From: Histomonas meleagridis 2922-C6/04-290x
Taxonomy: Eukaryota; Protista; Parabasalia
Direction: 5' to 3'
DNA: 64,000 nt
Assembly (NCBI GenBank): GCA_020184695.1
Contig: JAANOX010000241.1
Span: 124,001 to 188,000 of the forward strand
Of this stretch, positions 31,670-43,223 are shown one piece after another. The notes below the pieces were generated by a model that made no database searches, had not been told where the DNA came from, and saw only the letters and a list, made by a program, of their open reading frames with translations. Both the position numbers and the translations under genes were made by a program. Each line of letters starts with the position of its first letter. Position 1 is the first letter of the stretch.

Positions 31670-32793
31670 TTTTTCCACATGAAATTTGTAAATATTTATT
31701 ACTACGATCTCTCTCCATTTCACGCGTTTCTTTTATCGAAAGTCAAGAAATTAGATTGAATAATCAAAAAAAAAAAATTATATTTTTATCTTCACAATGA
31801 TTATCAAATTTGTGTTGAAAATGTAAAATCAAGTTGAACTTTGCAAAAATGGTTTTCTAATATATTATCAGATGAATCAAACATAGTTAATAGTTATTAA
31901 TATTATTTACTGGTGTAATTAATGGATTTAAAATTCGTTAAGAGAATTTAGAAAAACAAATGGAATGAAAAAGACATATGGCGAATCAATCATGTTCTTT
32001 TGAGATAATGTTTTTAAGATATAAAAGAATCTGCTTTGCATAACGATGTATTCTAAGATGTTTCTTAAATAGGCTTCCATGGAAAAACTTTAATCTGTTC
32101 ATTAAATGGTAAATCAAAACGCATAAAAGAATATATTCATTTTAAATCACACGCGATATTTATAACAAAAAACAATTACAAGGAAATATTTCTTTGAATT
32201 GTTTATTAAATTGACACTAAGTCATTTTATCAGATTTTTTGGAAAGTTTAAAACATTTCTTGCTAAAGCAATTCTATTTTTAATATAATTTAAAGTGAAT
32301 GTTATATTTACTTTATTTAATATTATTATTTTAGATATATGAACAATCATTTTTATTTTATTATAATTTTTTGTTTATATTGAACCCATTAATTTTCCTC
32401 ATCATTTAATTACGATTTACATCTTGAATTAAAACTTTCACTTTAGTATTACATTTGAATACGTTGGTTTTCCATTGGCACTTCTTGTTTCTTTTATTGA
32501 TTTAAAATGAGTTCTATGGACTTTAAGTGTGAAATTTATAGTATGTGATGAGAATAAACCATATACTGTTTAGTGTTGTGCCTTATCATCATATTGAAGG
32601 TATCAAAGTTATTTGTCACATCCATTTAATATCATTGCAAAAGTTTTATTGTTAAAATTAACACGATTGCAATGCATTATGTTATATATCATCTAAATAT
32701 TTTTTTTGTTTCAGAATATTCAAACAATATTTAAAATTATCATTACAAAAGATACAAATATTCATAAAAATTGTATTTTAATTGATAATCATA

Positions 32794-34671
32794 TTATATT
32801 TGTTCAATAAATTTTTCTTCTTGAAAATCTTCTGCAAATGGATCTTTTTCAATATTTATGTTACTTATTCCCATAGTAAATGTATTCGTCGTTTCGTTTT
32901 CATTTTGTTCTGATTTATCATCATTTTCATAAATTTCTTCTTTTTTATTTCGAATATGTTTCAATAATATAATTAATAATGTGATAATAACTATAACTAT
33001 AACTATTACACAAACAGAAATGGCAATAATTGTTGTTTTATTATCATTATTTTGATTATTATCATTAGAATGAAACATTGTAAAGAAATCGGAATAATAA
33101 TTATAATAAGTCGAATAAATAATAATCGTATATTTGTAATAAATAAATTCTGTTTCATTATATGAAAATGCCGAATTATTTATATATAATGAAAATGTTT
33201 TCGTTTTTGTTTCATAAATAGTTAATGAATGTGTAATTGATAATGTAATTGTTAATGTATATGAAAATGATAATGTAATATCATTTTGAAGTGATGAAGT
33301 AAATGTATTCGAATTAGGAAATGTACTCGATTGACTAAATGAATATATTTCTGAGAATGAAATTGAATCTGACTGTGTATATGTATTTGAATTAGAAAAT
33401 GTATTCGAATTAGGAAATGTCCTCGACTGACTAAATGAATGCGTTGGAATTGGTTCGCATATTCCTTCTGTGTTTTCTTTATCGACATCTAAATTTCCAA
33501 ATTTATTGCTTTTATATGTTGAATATGTGATAACACTTGTAAAAACATTATAAAATGCATTTTCACTAATATCTGGTTCGTTGTCTCCATAATAATAAAT
33601 ACATTGAAGATTATAACAGTTCGAAAATGCTGAACTTCCAATTTCTCTTATTCCATATCCAAGTGTTAATATCATTAAATTAGAACATAACGTAAACGCA
33701 TAATTGCCAATTGCTGTAACTGAATTTGGAATTGTAATGTTTTTGATTGATGAACATGATGAAAATGATGAATCACCAATTGTTGAAACATTTTCTCCAA
33801 AAATAATTATTTCTAAATTAAAACATGACGAAAACACAGAATTTCCAATATCTGATACTGAGTTACCAAAATTCACTGAAACAACTAAAGGCCATTTTGA
33901 AAATGAACCACCTGGAATTTCATAAATATTTTCACTGATAGTTATAAATTTTGTGTTATTTTTATATTGGTTAATATCTTTAAATTCATTTGAATTTATG
34001 ATTGAAAGTGTTGAATTACCTTCATGAAATATTTGATAAGAATTCATGAAAAACATAACAAAAATTAAAACATTTTTCAATTTATATTTGGTCATTAATA
34101 TTTTCTGAGCTGAAATTGTATTTTTCTGATAAAATTTGACGTAAATAACCGAAAACATCATTGAAAAAATGAAGGTTAAATGCAGTAAAACATTCAAAAT
34201 GTTTGGTCCTTCTTCTTTGTCGTTCTGCACCATCAAAAAATGTGAAAATTCACGTTTCAAAGGAGATATATCTATATAAGATTCATTAAAAGTTTCCTCA
34301 AATATGCTATTTTTGACAAATGTATTGGTTTCAAAGTCTTTTTTCGAAATGTTTGAAAAATATGTTCTTTGAAATTCTTGTTTGTTATTAAAATAATGAT
34401 GTACAATTGCTGTAGATTCATTGTTTGGTATCAAATTTAAAAGTAATTTGTTTATCAAAACTTTATAATTATTGTTAAATTCTTTAGATTTTTTGACCAT
34501 AATTTCATTAATTGCAGCTTCTCTATCACATTTGAAAGTAAAAGCTTCCTTGTTTTTGTCTTTTTGTATTTGTAATATTTCTTTTTGTCTAATATTAGGT
34601 TTAATGAGCTTTATATCGGTTCTAAATCGTTTCATCATGATCATAATGCTGAACAAAAGGAAAATTCTCAT
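32794..34671 (-). CDS. BspA-like LRR surface protein with S/T stalk and TM
   Basis: ITIPNSVTAIGNYAF-type repeats, FSQS/TFPNSNTF repeats, TM (IIAISVCVIVIVIV), tail ending DPFAEDFQEEKFIEQI. True start uncertain. Confidence 0.82.
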   Translation of the reverse strand: MRIFLLFSIMIMMKRFRTDIKLIKPNIRQKEILQIQKDKNKEAFTFKCDREAAINEIMVKKSKEFNNNYKVLINKLLLNLIPNNESTAIVHHYFNNKQEFQRTYFSNISKKDFETNTFVKNSIFEETFNESYIDISPLKREFSHFLMVQNDKEEGPNILNVLLHLTFIFSMMFSVIYVKFYQKNTISAQKILMTKYKLKNVLIFVMFFMNSYQIFHEGNSTLSIINSNEFKDINQYKNNTKFITISENIYEIPGGSFSKWPLVVSVNFGNSVSDIGNSVFSSCFNLEIIIFGENVSTIGDSSFSSCSSIKNITIPNSVTAIGNYAFTLCSNLMILTLGYGIREIGSSAFSNCYNLQCIYYYGDNEPDISENAFYNVFTSVITYSTYKSNKFGNLDVDKENTEGICEPIPTHSFSQSRTFPNSNTFSNSNTYTQSDSISFSEIYSFSQSSTFPNSNTFTSSLQNDITLSFSYTLTITLSITHSLTIYETKTKTFSLYINNSAFSYNETEFIYYKYTIIIYSTYYNYYSDFFTMFHSNDNNQNNDNKTTIIAISVCVIVIVIVIITLLIILLKHIRNKKEEIYENDDKSEQNENETTNTFTMGISNINIEKDPFAEDFQEEKFIEQI

Positions 34672-35384
34672 TTTTCAGCTTGCAATATATCTTAGAACCT
34701 TCACCAAATATACATCGGCTTTCACAAAAGTTTAAAATCTCACGGTTAAACATTAAAAAACCTGTCGTTTAATTGTGGTTTTTCACATCAACCTTGGAAC
34801 ATTTTAATTAATATTTTAAAGTGACAATCAAAGAAACAGCTTTAAAACATTATTAATACACTTTTAAATAACTTGATGAATATATGTTATAGAATCGGAT
34901 TTGTGCTTTGATTTGGTATGCTTTTCATGTGTTTATAGTGTTTTCATCATCATGAAATTAATTCTTGTTTATAGCAATTGGTAATTCTGTCGTTTTCTGT
35001 TTTTAAAGTTCATTACTTTATTTGATAAGCTCTTTATGAACAAAATCATTTTCAGCGTATCTTTAATTTAAATAATATTGTTTGGTATTATGAACAATGA
35101 ATTCAAGTAAAGCTCATTCAAAAAGATCCAACATTTAATGTAATCATGATCAAAAATATTGATCTTTTTTCAACATTTTATCCCTTGTTATATTTACATT
35201 CAGTAATAATAGTTATACATCCTTATTTTCGAAATTTCTTATCAAAATAAAATAAATGAAAACATTAAAAAGTCCAAACGATAACATCATTAATCAGATT
35301 TCATTTTATTTTACATAACAACAAAATAATTTTATATTTGCATAAAAAAATAAATTTGATAATATTTTTTATTACACATTTTAT

Positions 35385-36265
35385 TCATAGCCAATTGTCT
35401 TCATCTTCTTTCACAATATCTTCAACTAAACTATTTACTTCTTCGATTTGCTTTGTACTTGATGTTGTCGTATCCTTAAATTGTAACTTTGATTTCGATT
35501 TTTCTTTCTTGTTGTTACTTTTCACCAAAAATATAACAATTCCAACAATGATCAAAACAAATGCAAATGATCCGCAAATAATTCCAATCAAAACATTTGT
35601 TGTAATTCCATTTGGCGAATTTTCATCGGAAGCATGAAACATTTTAAAGAAATTGGAATAATAATTATGATGAGTCGAATAAATAATAATCGTATATTTG
35701 TAATAAATAAATTCTGTTTCAATATATGAAAATGTCGAATTGTTTATATATAATGAAAATGTTTTCGTTTTTGTTTCATAAATAGTTAATGAATGTGTAA
35801 TTGTTAATGTATATGAAAATGTTAATGAAATATCACTTTGAAGTGATGAAGTAAATGTATTCGAATTAGGAAATGTCCTCGACTGACTAAATGAATGCGT
35901 TGGAATTGGTTCGCATATTCCTTCTGTGTTTTCTTTATCGACATCTAAATTTCCAAATTTATTGCTTTTATATGTTGAATATGTGATAACACTTGTAAAA
36001 ACATTATAAAAATGCATTTTTCACTAATATCTGGTTCGTTGTCTCCATAATAATAAATACATTGAAGATTATAACAGTTCGAAAATGCTGAACTTCCAAT
36101 TTCTCTTATTCCATATCCAAGTGTTAATATCATTAAATTAGAACATAACGTAAACGCATAATTGCCAATTGCTGTAACTGAATTTGGAATTGTAATGTTT
36201 TTGATTGATGAACATGATGAAAATGATGAATCACCAATTGTTGTAACATTTTCTCCAAAGCCCAT
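35385..36265 (-). pseudogene. 5'-truncated BspA duplicate with a frameshift and a different TM/tail
   Basis: 36255-35640 is nearly identical to the 33790-33070 region. Two homopolymer insertions at about 36008-36022 split it into ORFs 35945-36265 and 35385-36017. Confidence 0.6.
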
Positions 36266-36269
36266 GATT

Positions 36270-36340
36270 TAACGGTTTCTTTTTAAACGTAAAAATAAAT
36301 TAACGGTTTCTGTTGTGACCTAACGATAAGTTAACGGCTT
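36270..36340. promoter_or_regulatory. Cluster of three TAACGG (Myb/M3-like) motifs in the divergent BspA-copy/RPSA promoter
   Basis: TAACGGTTT at 36270 and 36301, TAACGGCTT at 36332. The same RRCSGTT-type motif precedes many genes in the window (e.g. about 652, 14070, 16626, 45065, 49939, 57872). It resembles the Trichomonas M3 Myb-binding core promoter motif. Confidence 0.55.
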
Positions 36341-36359
36341 TGGCCCTCCTTTGCTCCCG

Positions 36360-37121
36360 ATGCAAGCTGATAGAGAATCCTCCATCAAGAAGATGCTCGC
36401 TGCTAAAGTTCACATTGGTTCATCCAATCTTTCGTTTGGAATGCAACCATATGTATTCACACGCACAAAAACAGGAACACACATCATTAACCTTGGAATG
36501 ACTTATGAAAAGATCAAACTTGCAGCACGTATGATTTATGCAGTTGAAGAACCACGTGATGTTCTTGCTATTTCCGCTAAACCATTCGGTCAACGTGCAG
36601 TTCATAAGTTTTCACAATTCCTTGGTTGCCTTTGCATTAACCAACGTTTCACGCCAGGTTTCTTCACTAACCACTCAATCAAAGGTAAATTTATGGAACC
36701 ACGTCTTATCATTGTTTGTGATCCAAACACTGATACACAAGCTATCACTGAAGCTGCATATGCTAACATCCCATGCATTGCACTTTGTGACACTGATGCC
36801 AGCCTTCGTTTTGTTGACTGTGTCATTCCATGCAACACCAAGAATAAGACCTCAATTGGTCTTGTCATGTGGTTACTTACACGCGAAGTCTTACGTCTTC
36901 GTGGCGAACTTCTCCGCACACAAGAATGGAAAGTTCTTCCCGATCTTTACTTCTATCGTGATACACGCGATGAACAAAACATCCAAGAACAAATCGATCA
37001 CGAAGGAGAAGAAGCAGTCGCAACTGATGTTACAACAGTTGATTCTACACCTACTGCTGATGGTGGTGCAGCACAATCAGAACAAGAATGGAACAATGCT
37101 GGCGAAGGTGCTGGTTGGTAA
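36360..37121 (+). CDS. RPSA: 40S ribosomal protein SA (uS2)
   Basis: MLAAKVHIG, GTHIINL, RFTPGFFTN, EPRLIIVCDP and IPCNTK motifs; ATG at 36360. Confidence 0.96.
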   Translation: MQADRESSIKKMLAAKVHIGSSNLSFGMQPYVFTRTKTGTHIINLGMTYEKIKLAARMIYAVEEPRDVLAISAKPFGQRAVHKFSQFLGCLCINQRFTPGFFTNHSIKGKFMEPRLIIVCDPNTDTQAITEAAYANIPCIALCDTDASLRFVDCVIPCNTKNKTSIGLVMWLLTREVLRLRGELLRTQEWKVLPDLYFYRDTRDEQNIQEQIDHEGEEAVATDVTTVDSTPTADGGAAQSEQEWNNAGEGAGW

Positions 37122-37736
37122 ATAAAAGCAAAAACATTTCCCTTTTGCTAATTTTTAGGAAATTGATTTCTTTATTACATTTTGGAGTTTTATCATAAAA
37201 AATTGTATTGTTTTTACATTTGTAATTAATTCTCTGTTACTATAAAATTTATATATTGTGATGCATAATTTTTTTCCTATCTCTTTTTTTAATGCATATA
37301 AAAATCTACTCAATAATATCCATGTAAGCCAAATGATTTCATCCCATCAATATATGACAATCTCAAAGCAGTAAGAGAATATTAATACATTTGTGTTTTT
37401 ATATCAAAAACGTGCCTTTGGCACTCTTTCTATCACAATATAATTCTTGCATTTTAAGTTTCTATAAAAGTTAACTTTGGTTTTAGTGAGATCAAGAACA
37501 TTGTCGTGAAATAACAATAAGTTATGGTGCTGCAGAATTTGGACCTACATTAAATAAACGAATACGAATGAATTCAAAATGATTTAATGTGAAAAATCGA
37601 TATTTAGTAACCATATATGTGTATGCATGGACTTATTTAAAACATATAGTTTTGAACATGGAAGATCAATAAAAATTTTGATCATGTTTTAAAACATTTA
37701 CCGTGGAAATGTGTGAATTTGGTACACCTTTGGAAT

Positions 37737-37985
37737 TTATTCTTCATTTTGAAAGGATGGAGGAATAAATTTAATTCTGATTTCTTTTTCTTCATCTTTG
37801 ATATGAAAAACTTTGGGTTCATTATTCAGAAATCTTGTTTCTGAATAAGGAACACTTGAATTTTCCATATTCCAAAAATCAAATTTGGTTGATTCATCTA
37901 AACACTGGAAAAAGAAGCAGTACTTAGAGGCACATGAAGGAACAGAAACTGATTGTCCATCAGAACAATGTGCCACGTAATCCAT
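37737..37985 (-). CDS. Hypothetical 82-aa protein (weak Skp1/BTB-like N-terminus)
   Basis: ATG-to-TAA ORF with coding-like composition; CSDGQSVSV only weakly resembles Skp1 N-termini. Confidence 0.4.
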   Translation of the reverse strand: MDYVAHCSDGQSVSVPSCASKYCFFFQCLDESTKFDFWNMENSSVPYSETRFLNNEPKVFHIKDEEKEIRIKFIPPSFQNEE

Positions 37986-38476
37986 TTTTGCTTAAGTGAC
38001 TTTTTTAATACTTTACTTTGCTGAATACACAAAATTTTAAATTTTAAAATTTTGATCAAATATACTTCTTCTCCATGAAATCAATATTACACCTTGAACA
38101 AATTGTCTTTAATTTAACACAAGGAAATCTTGAAATGAAAGTCCAAAAAATAATAGGAAAATAAGATTGAATTTTCCATATTCGTTTTATCTTTTAATAT
38201 GTAGATTAGTTTATACAGCATTTTGTTATAACTTTTCTTTGAATTATTTAGTTTTAATTTAAATGAAACTAGAAGAAATAAATAATTTACATCTCGTTGT
38301 AAATCAACAAGAAAGAATCGTATTATTTTATTCAAAAAAAATGATTGAACAAAACTTATTACGAAAAAATCATCCGTAAAATATTTGTTCACGAAACTAA
38401 AGCAGAATGCAAAAATCAATTGAATTCATTCGATTACGTAATCCAAATCAAAGCAAAAGAATATTTCATTTCATTT

Positions 38477-40318
38477 TTAGTCTGTAAATGCTCTGAATCT
38501 ATCTTCGATTTCGTTGTACAATTGCTTATAGTGGTCGACACATTTCTCTTCACCATCTTTGGGATCCACGAATTTCATTTGGATCAGCTTTTGTATCTGT
38601 GGTGCCAAGAAGTTCGCTATTGATTCGTATGTGACTCTTTTCTCTCCTGACGCCGCCTCATTGAGTTCGTGTTTCGCCAAGTCATAGAAGTGCAGCATGT
38701 TCTTCAGCATCCAGAATGTCTTCCACATCGGCGACACCTTATCGTACGGCGTGTAGCTGTTTTGCTGCAAGAAGTCCTCTCGAATCATTCTCGCGACTTC
38801 CAGTGTCAACTTGTCAGGTTCCGCCAGCGAGTCCTTGCCGACCAATTGCACAATTTCCTGCAGTTCTTGTTCCTCCTGAAGCAGTTGTCTCACTTCAGTT
38901 CTTAACGATGGGAAGTCGGGATCAAACGACACGAAGTATGGCCTCAACACGTCGTCGTACTTCGAATATGATAATGTCCACGAGACAGAAGGGAAGTGTT
39001 TCCTTTGCGCAAGCTTCTTATCGAGTCCCCAGAACACTTGCACGACTTGCAGTGTGGCTGTGGTCACTGGATCGCCGGCGATATCACCGCCAGGTGGAGA
39101 CACAGCGCCGACAACAGTAACTGATCCTTCGCGTCCAGGGTTACCGATTGTGCGCACTTTGCCTGCGCGCTCGTAAAATGAGTCCAAACGAGCGCCTAAG
39201 TACGCAGGGAAGCCCGAGTCTGCTGGCATTTCGGCCAAACGACCGGAGATTTCACGTAACGCTTCGGCCCAACGCGATGAAGAGTCCGCAAGCATTGTCA
39301 TGTTGTAGCCCATATCTCTGTAGTATTCGGCTAATGTGATGCCGGTGTAGATGGAGGCTTCACGAGCAGCAACGGGCATGTTCGAAGTGTTCGCAACAAG
39401 ACACGTGCGGTCCATAATTGGATGCTCGACGCCATTAAGTTCGCAGGTGAGTTCGGGGAACTCCATAAGTACTTCGGCCATTTCGTTTCCACGTTCGCCA
39501 CAGCCGACATAGATAATACCATTGGAGTTGGAGTATTTGGATAACGCTTGTGAAATAACTGTTTTGCCGCATCCAAATGCGCCTGGAATTGCACATGTAC
39601 CACCTTGGACAACTGGAAATAGACAATCGAGAACACGCTGACCAGTGATAAGTGGATATGTGCCATTAAGTTTTGATGCAAATGGTCGTGGTGTACGAAC
39701 AGGCCATTCTTGAAGCATTGGATATTCTCGTTCTTTACCGTCAAACTCGATACAGACTATTGGCTCTTTAACTGTGTATGACCCGGATTGTGCAAGCCAT
39801 TTAAGGGTTCCATGTGCTTTGGGTGGTAACATAATTTGATGACGAATTAATGATGTCTCTTGTACGTAGCCTACAATGTCACCGCCTGTTAATGGATCTC
39901 CAACTTTAAGTTTGTCATTTGGTACAAATGGCCATTGACGATCCATATTTAAAGCAACAGCATCAACACCACGTGGAATGAAAACGCTTCCACTCTTTTC
40001 ACTGATATCTTTAAGTGGACGTTGAATACCATCATAAATATTTGTCATAAGACCTGGACCTAATAAAACAGAAAGTGGCTTTCCAGTACCTGTAACAGGA
40101 TCACCAACTGTAAGACCTGATGTTTCTTCATATACTTGGATTGTAGCTGTATCATGTTCTAATTGAATGATTTCACCAACTAATTTTTCTTTACCGACAC
40201 GAACTAATTCATACATTGCGGCACCAGTCATCTTCTCTGCAATAACGACGGGACCACTAATCGAGTAGATAGACCCACAGAGCTGTTCTTGACGATTTGC
40301 TTCGACTGTTGTGAACAT
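38477..40318 (-). CDS. ATP6V1A: V-type H+-ATPase catalytic subunit A
   Basis: ISGPVV, P-loop [33 protein letters not shown] and AVSPPGGD motifs. Likely ATG at 40318 (MFTTVE). No intein. Confidence 0.97.
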   Translation of the reverse strand: MFTTVEANRQEQLCGSIYSISGPVVIAEKMTGAAMYELVRVGKEKLVGEIIQLEHDTATIQVYEETSGLTVGDPVTGTGKPLSVLLGPGLMTNIYDGIQRPLKDISEKSGSVFIPRGVDAVALNMDRQWPFVPNDKLKVGDPLTGGDIVGYVQETSLIRHQIMLPPKAHGTLKWLAQSGSYTVKEPIVCIEFDGKEREYPMLQEWPVRTPRPFASKLNGTYPLITGQRVLDCLFPVVQGGTCAIPGAFGCGKTVISQALSKYSNSNGIIYVGCGERGNEMAEVLMEFPELTCELNGVEHPIMDRTCLVANTSNMPVAAREASIYTGITLAEYYRDMGYNMTMLADSSSRWAEALREISGRLAEMPADSGFPAYLGARLDSFYERAGKVRTIGNPGREGSVTVVGAVSPPGGDIAGDPVTTATLQVVQVFWGLDKKLAQRKHFPSVSWTLSYSKYDDVLRPYFVSFDPDFPSLRTEVRQLLQEEQELQEIVQLVGKDSLAEPDKLTLEVARMIREDFLQQNSYTPYDKVSPMWKTFWMLKNMLHFYDLAKHELNEAASGEKRVTYESIANFLAPQIQKLIQMKFVDPKDGEEKCVDHYKQLYNEIEDRFRAFTD

Positions 40319-40746
40319 TCTGTAATTGTGATATGTTTTGGTCAAACAATTTAATTCAGAAATGTCATGTGAAATATGGTTGGAACTTATCACCTCTTTA
40401 CACAATTTTGTGAAGTTTACGTAAATAACCAAAAAAGAATTCATTCCATTCATGACTTTTTTTTTATAATAACATTAATTAGAAATCTAGAATTGAAAAA
40501 TGCTATACCCCGTTTAGAGAAATTATTTTGATTTTTTTTTGAATTTGAAATTTTAATTCAAATTAAATTTTTACTTATAATGATTTAATTTAAAACATTT
40601 GGCTCCTTCATTAACGAACTTTAAAATGCTATTTACCGAAGTGGAAGAAGAAAAAATTGCATAGAGTTTGTGTGAAAATTTATTGGTGTCAGATCTGACG
40701 GGTTCGCATTCAAAAAGTTGTGTCGAGTCAAATTTAGAACACCCAA

Positions 40747-42048
40747 ATGAGCCAAGAAAAAGCGGAAAAGCAACGACAGAATGTGATTGAAGAAATCATC
40801 AAAACAGAGGAGAAGTACAACGGCAACCTTCATGAGATTAGTGAAGTTGTCTGTATTCCATTAGATAAGTTATTTAAAGAAGGTCGAATGTCAATTCCTA
40901 CAGGTATTCCAACACTTTTCGAAAAGCTTTCCAAAGTACAAAACGCCAGTGATTCATTAATGCAAAAGTTAGTAGAATTCAAAGAATCCACAGATCCTAA
41001 TCGATCAATTGGACATTGTTTTGATGATTTTGCCGAATCCATTGATATCTATTTCGAATACATTCGCGAGTTCCACATTTGTAACTCACTTCTTATTGAA
41101 GAACGTAAGAGAAAAGGTGCATTTGATCATTTCCTATTAGATTGTGAAACAAGACTTCGTGACACAGTCGAAGCGTATCTTATTATGCCTGTGCAACGTC
41201 CACCACGTTATCGTTTGTTGTTACAAGCGTTACTTAAGACTACGCCTGAAGGCACTGACGAAGAAGTGATTCGAACTGCGGTTGAAAAAGTGTCAGAGGA
41301 AATCTCCAAAATCGACGACCGCATTTCAGAGTTTGATGAAGCCGTTCAAATGGGAGAACTTCAGTCACGATTTTCTGACTTTGAATTCTTCACATTAGGT
41401 CGCCGACTTTTATGTAATACTGATGCACTAAAGTTTTCACGTAAGTGGACAAACTCGCGACATCTTATATTGTTTAGTGATCTTCTCTTAGTTGCGGAGC
41501 CAGGGCTCTTACCGCAAAGTCTTAAAGTCAACAAGATATATAAAAGCGGCGAATACCTTATTGTCCCAGTTAACGACAACAGTCCATTTGAAAACGCAGT
41601 TGACGTGAAACAAAAGAAGAAAAGTTTCCGATGTAATTTGCCCGACTTAAAGACTAAGAACGCGTTTCTTGAAGCGTTTAATCGGATGTTAGAGATGAAC
41701 AAAATTGACATTAAAGCACTTGAGATGAAAGGCTTCTCACCCGTCTGGATCCCTGATGACCAAGCGCCACTTTGCATGCATTGTAAGTCGAAGTTCACAT
41801 TCATTAATCGTAGACATCATTGCAGATTCTGCGGCGATTGCATTTGTAGGAACTGCTTCAATAACAAAATTAAGTTGCCTGGAATATCAGAGAAGCCAAT
41901 GAGAGTATGCCCAAAGTGTTACACTCATATTAGGGAATTGTTGGCAGAAAGTGGTGAAAACGTTCATGGAAATGAGAGCGAAACGTCAGAGAGATCGAGG
42001 AAATACGAGGACAACTTGTCCGATTCGTCAGACCAAATATACGTTTAA
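40747..42048 (+). CDS. DH (RhoGEF)-PH-FYVE protein (FGD-like)
   Basis: EIIKTEEKY and LIMPVQRPPRYRLLL (DH), PH region, WIPD...CMHC...RRHHCRFCG...RVC (FYVE). Confidence 0.9.
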   Translation: MSQEKAEKQRQNVIEEIIKTEEKYNGNLHEISEVVCIPLDKLFKEGRMSIPTGIPTLFEKLSKVQNASDSLMQKLVEFKESTDPNRSIGHCFDDFAESIDIYFEYIREFHICNSLLIEERKRKGAFDHFLLDCETRLRDTVEAYLIMPVQRPPRYRLLLQALLKTTPEGTDEEVIRTAVEKVSEEISKIDDRISEFDEAVQMGELQSRFSDFEFFTLGRRLLCNTDALKFSRKWTNSRHLILFSDLLLVAEPGLLPQSLKVNKIYKSGEYLIVPVNDNSPFENAVDVKQKKKSFRCNLPDLKTKNAFLEAFNRMLEMNKIDIKALEMKGFSPVWIPDDQAPLCMHCKSKFTFINRRHHCRFCGDCICRNCFNNKIKLPGISEKPMRVCPKCYTHIRELLAESGENVHGNESETSERSRKYEDNLSDSSDQIYV

Positions 42049-42373
42049 AATCAGTTCTTTCGGTAAAAAGATGAAATTTGTGATTAAACGTTCGCAAGAT
42101 GATGAAACAAAAAATTGTTTAATAAATATCCTTAAAACGATTTACATTGTACGTTTTGGCTTCGGTCTAAAGAAGTGTTGGCAATGGACGGATTATACAA
42201 AGAGATGCGCTTAATATGTTTAGTGTGATTTGTTTTGGTTTCACTTTGGGCCAATACGTAAAGTTCACAAAAATAAAGCCACTTTTAACTGCAATTTTTG
42301 TCAAAGATTAACTATTTCTTAGTAATTTGACGATTTCTGTATAATATCTGTTTGATGCATACATAAGTGCTGT

Positions 42374-42456
42374 ATTAAATAATTTAAATAATTTCCAAAT
42401 TTTATATTGAAATAGGAAAAAATTATTAAAACAAATTTTAAATAAAACAAATAAAT
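42374..42456 (-). other. 83-nt spacer array; slots AAA, TTT+CCT, GGA, AAT = K FP G N
   Basis: Four 17-nt spacers with one 6-nt slot; gives NAKD-KFPGN-TALMYAS. Confidence 0.85.
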
Positions 42457-42546
42457 ATCTTTAGCATTAATATCAATTCCTTCTTGTTTAAGAAGTAACT
42501 TAACTATTTCTGTATGTCCACTTTGAGATGCTAATATAAGTGCTGT

Positions 42547-42626
42547 ATCAAATAATTTAAATAATTTCCAAATACTACCATAAAATATTGAATTATTAAA
42601 ATAAATATTAAATAAAACAAATAAAT
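42547..42626 (-). other. Spacer array; slots AAT AAT GGA GAT = N N G D
   Basis: 80 nt; gives NAKD-NNGD-TALILAS. Confidence 0.92.
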
Positions 42627-42716
42627 ATCTTTAGCATTAATGTCAATTCCTTCTTGTTCAAGAAGTAATTTAACTATTTCAGTATGTCCACTTTGAGATG
42701 CTAATATAAGTGCTGT

Positions 42717-42796
42717 ATCAAATAATTTAAATAATTTCCAAATATTATTTTGAAATAAGAAATTCTTAAAATAAATTCTATATAAAACAAATAAAT
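42717..42796 (-). other. Spacer array; slots AGA CTT GGA GAT = R L G D
   Basis: 80 nt; gives NAKD-RLGD-TALILAS. Confidence 0.92.
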
Positions 42797-42886
42797 ATCT
42801 TTAGCATTAATATCAATTCCTTTTTGTTCAAGAAGTAATTTAACCATTTCGATGTGATTTTTTTCAGTTTCAACATATAATATTGA

Positions 42887-42966
42887 TTTAAATAATGAAA
42901 ATAATTACCAAATACATATTTAAAATATCAATTTATTGTAATAAACATAAAATAAACAGAAAAAAT
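42887..42966 (-). other. Spacer array; slots TAT GAT GGT AAA = Y D G K
   Basis: 80 nt; gives NDVS-YDGK-SILYVET. Confidence 0.88.
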
Positions 42967-43053
42967 GCTGACATCATTAATGTTTTCTTCTTTTTTAAGA
43001 AGTATTTTAAATATTTCAGTTTGATCATTTCGTGATGCCAATAAAAGTGCTGT

Positions 43054-43133
43054 ATCATATATAACAATAAAATTCCGAATTTCTTATTAAAACCCAAATT
43101 TTTTAATATCAATTTTGTATAATACATACAAAT
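43054..43133 (-). other. Spacer array; slots AAA TGG GGA GAT = K W G D
   Basis: 80 nt; gives KLKD-KWGD-TALLLAS. Confidence 0.9.
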
Positions 43134-43223
43134 ATCTTTTAATTTTGAGTTAATTCCTTTTTGTTCAATAAGAAATTAAACAATTCCTCTATAACCTTTT
43201 ATAGATGCTATCATTAATGATGT

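Noticed and set aside
38669-39744. Several overlapping ORFs within V-ATPase A, and similar ones within RPSA
   Set aside because: By-products of locally higher GC in conserved genes; no independent homology.
43176-43178. Alternative genetic code (TAA as a sense codon)
   Set aside because: Conserved genes in the window (RPL7A, RPSA, V-ATPase A) end at TAA and have no internal stops; a single in-frame TAA is better explained as a lesion.
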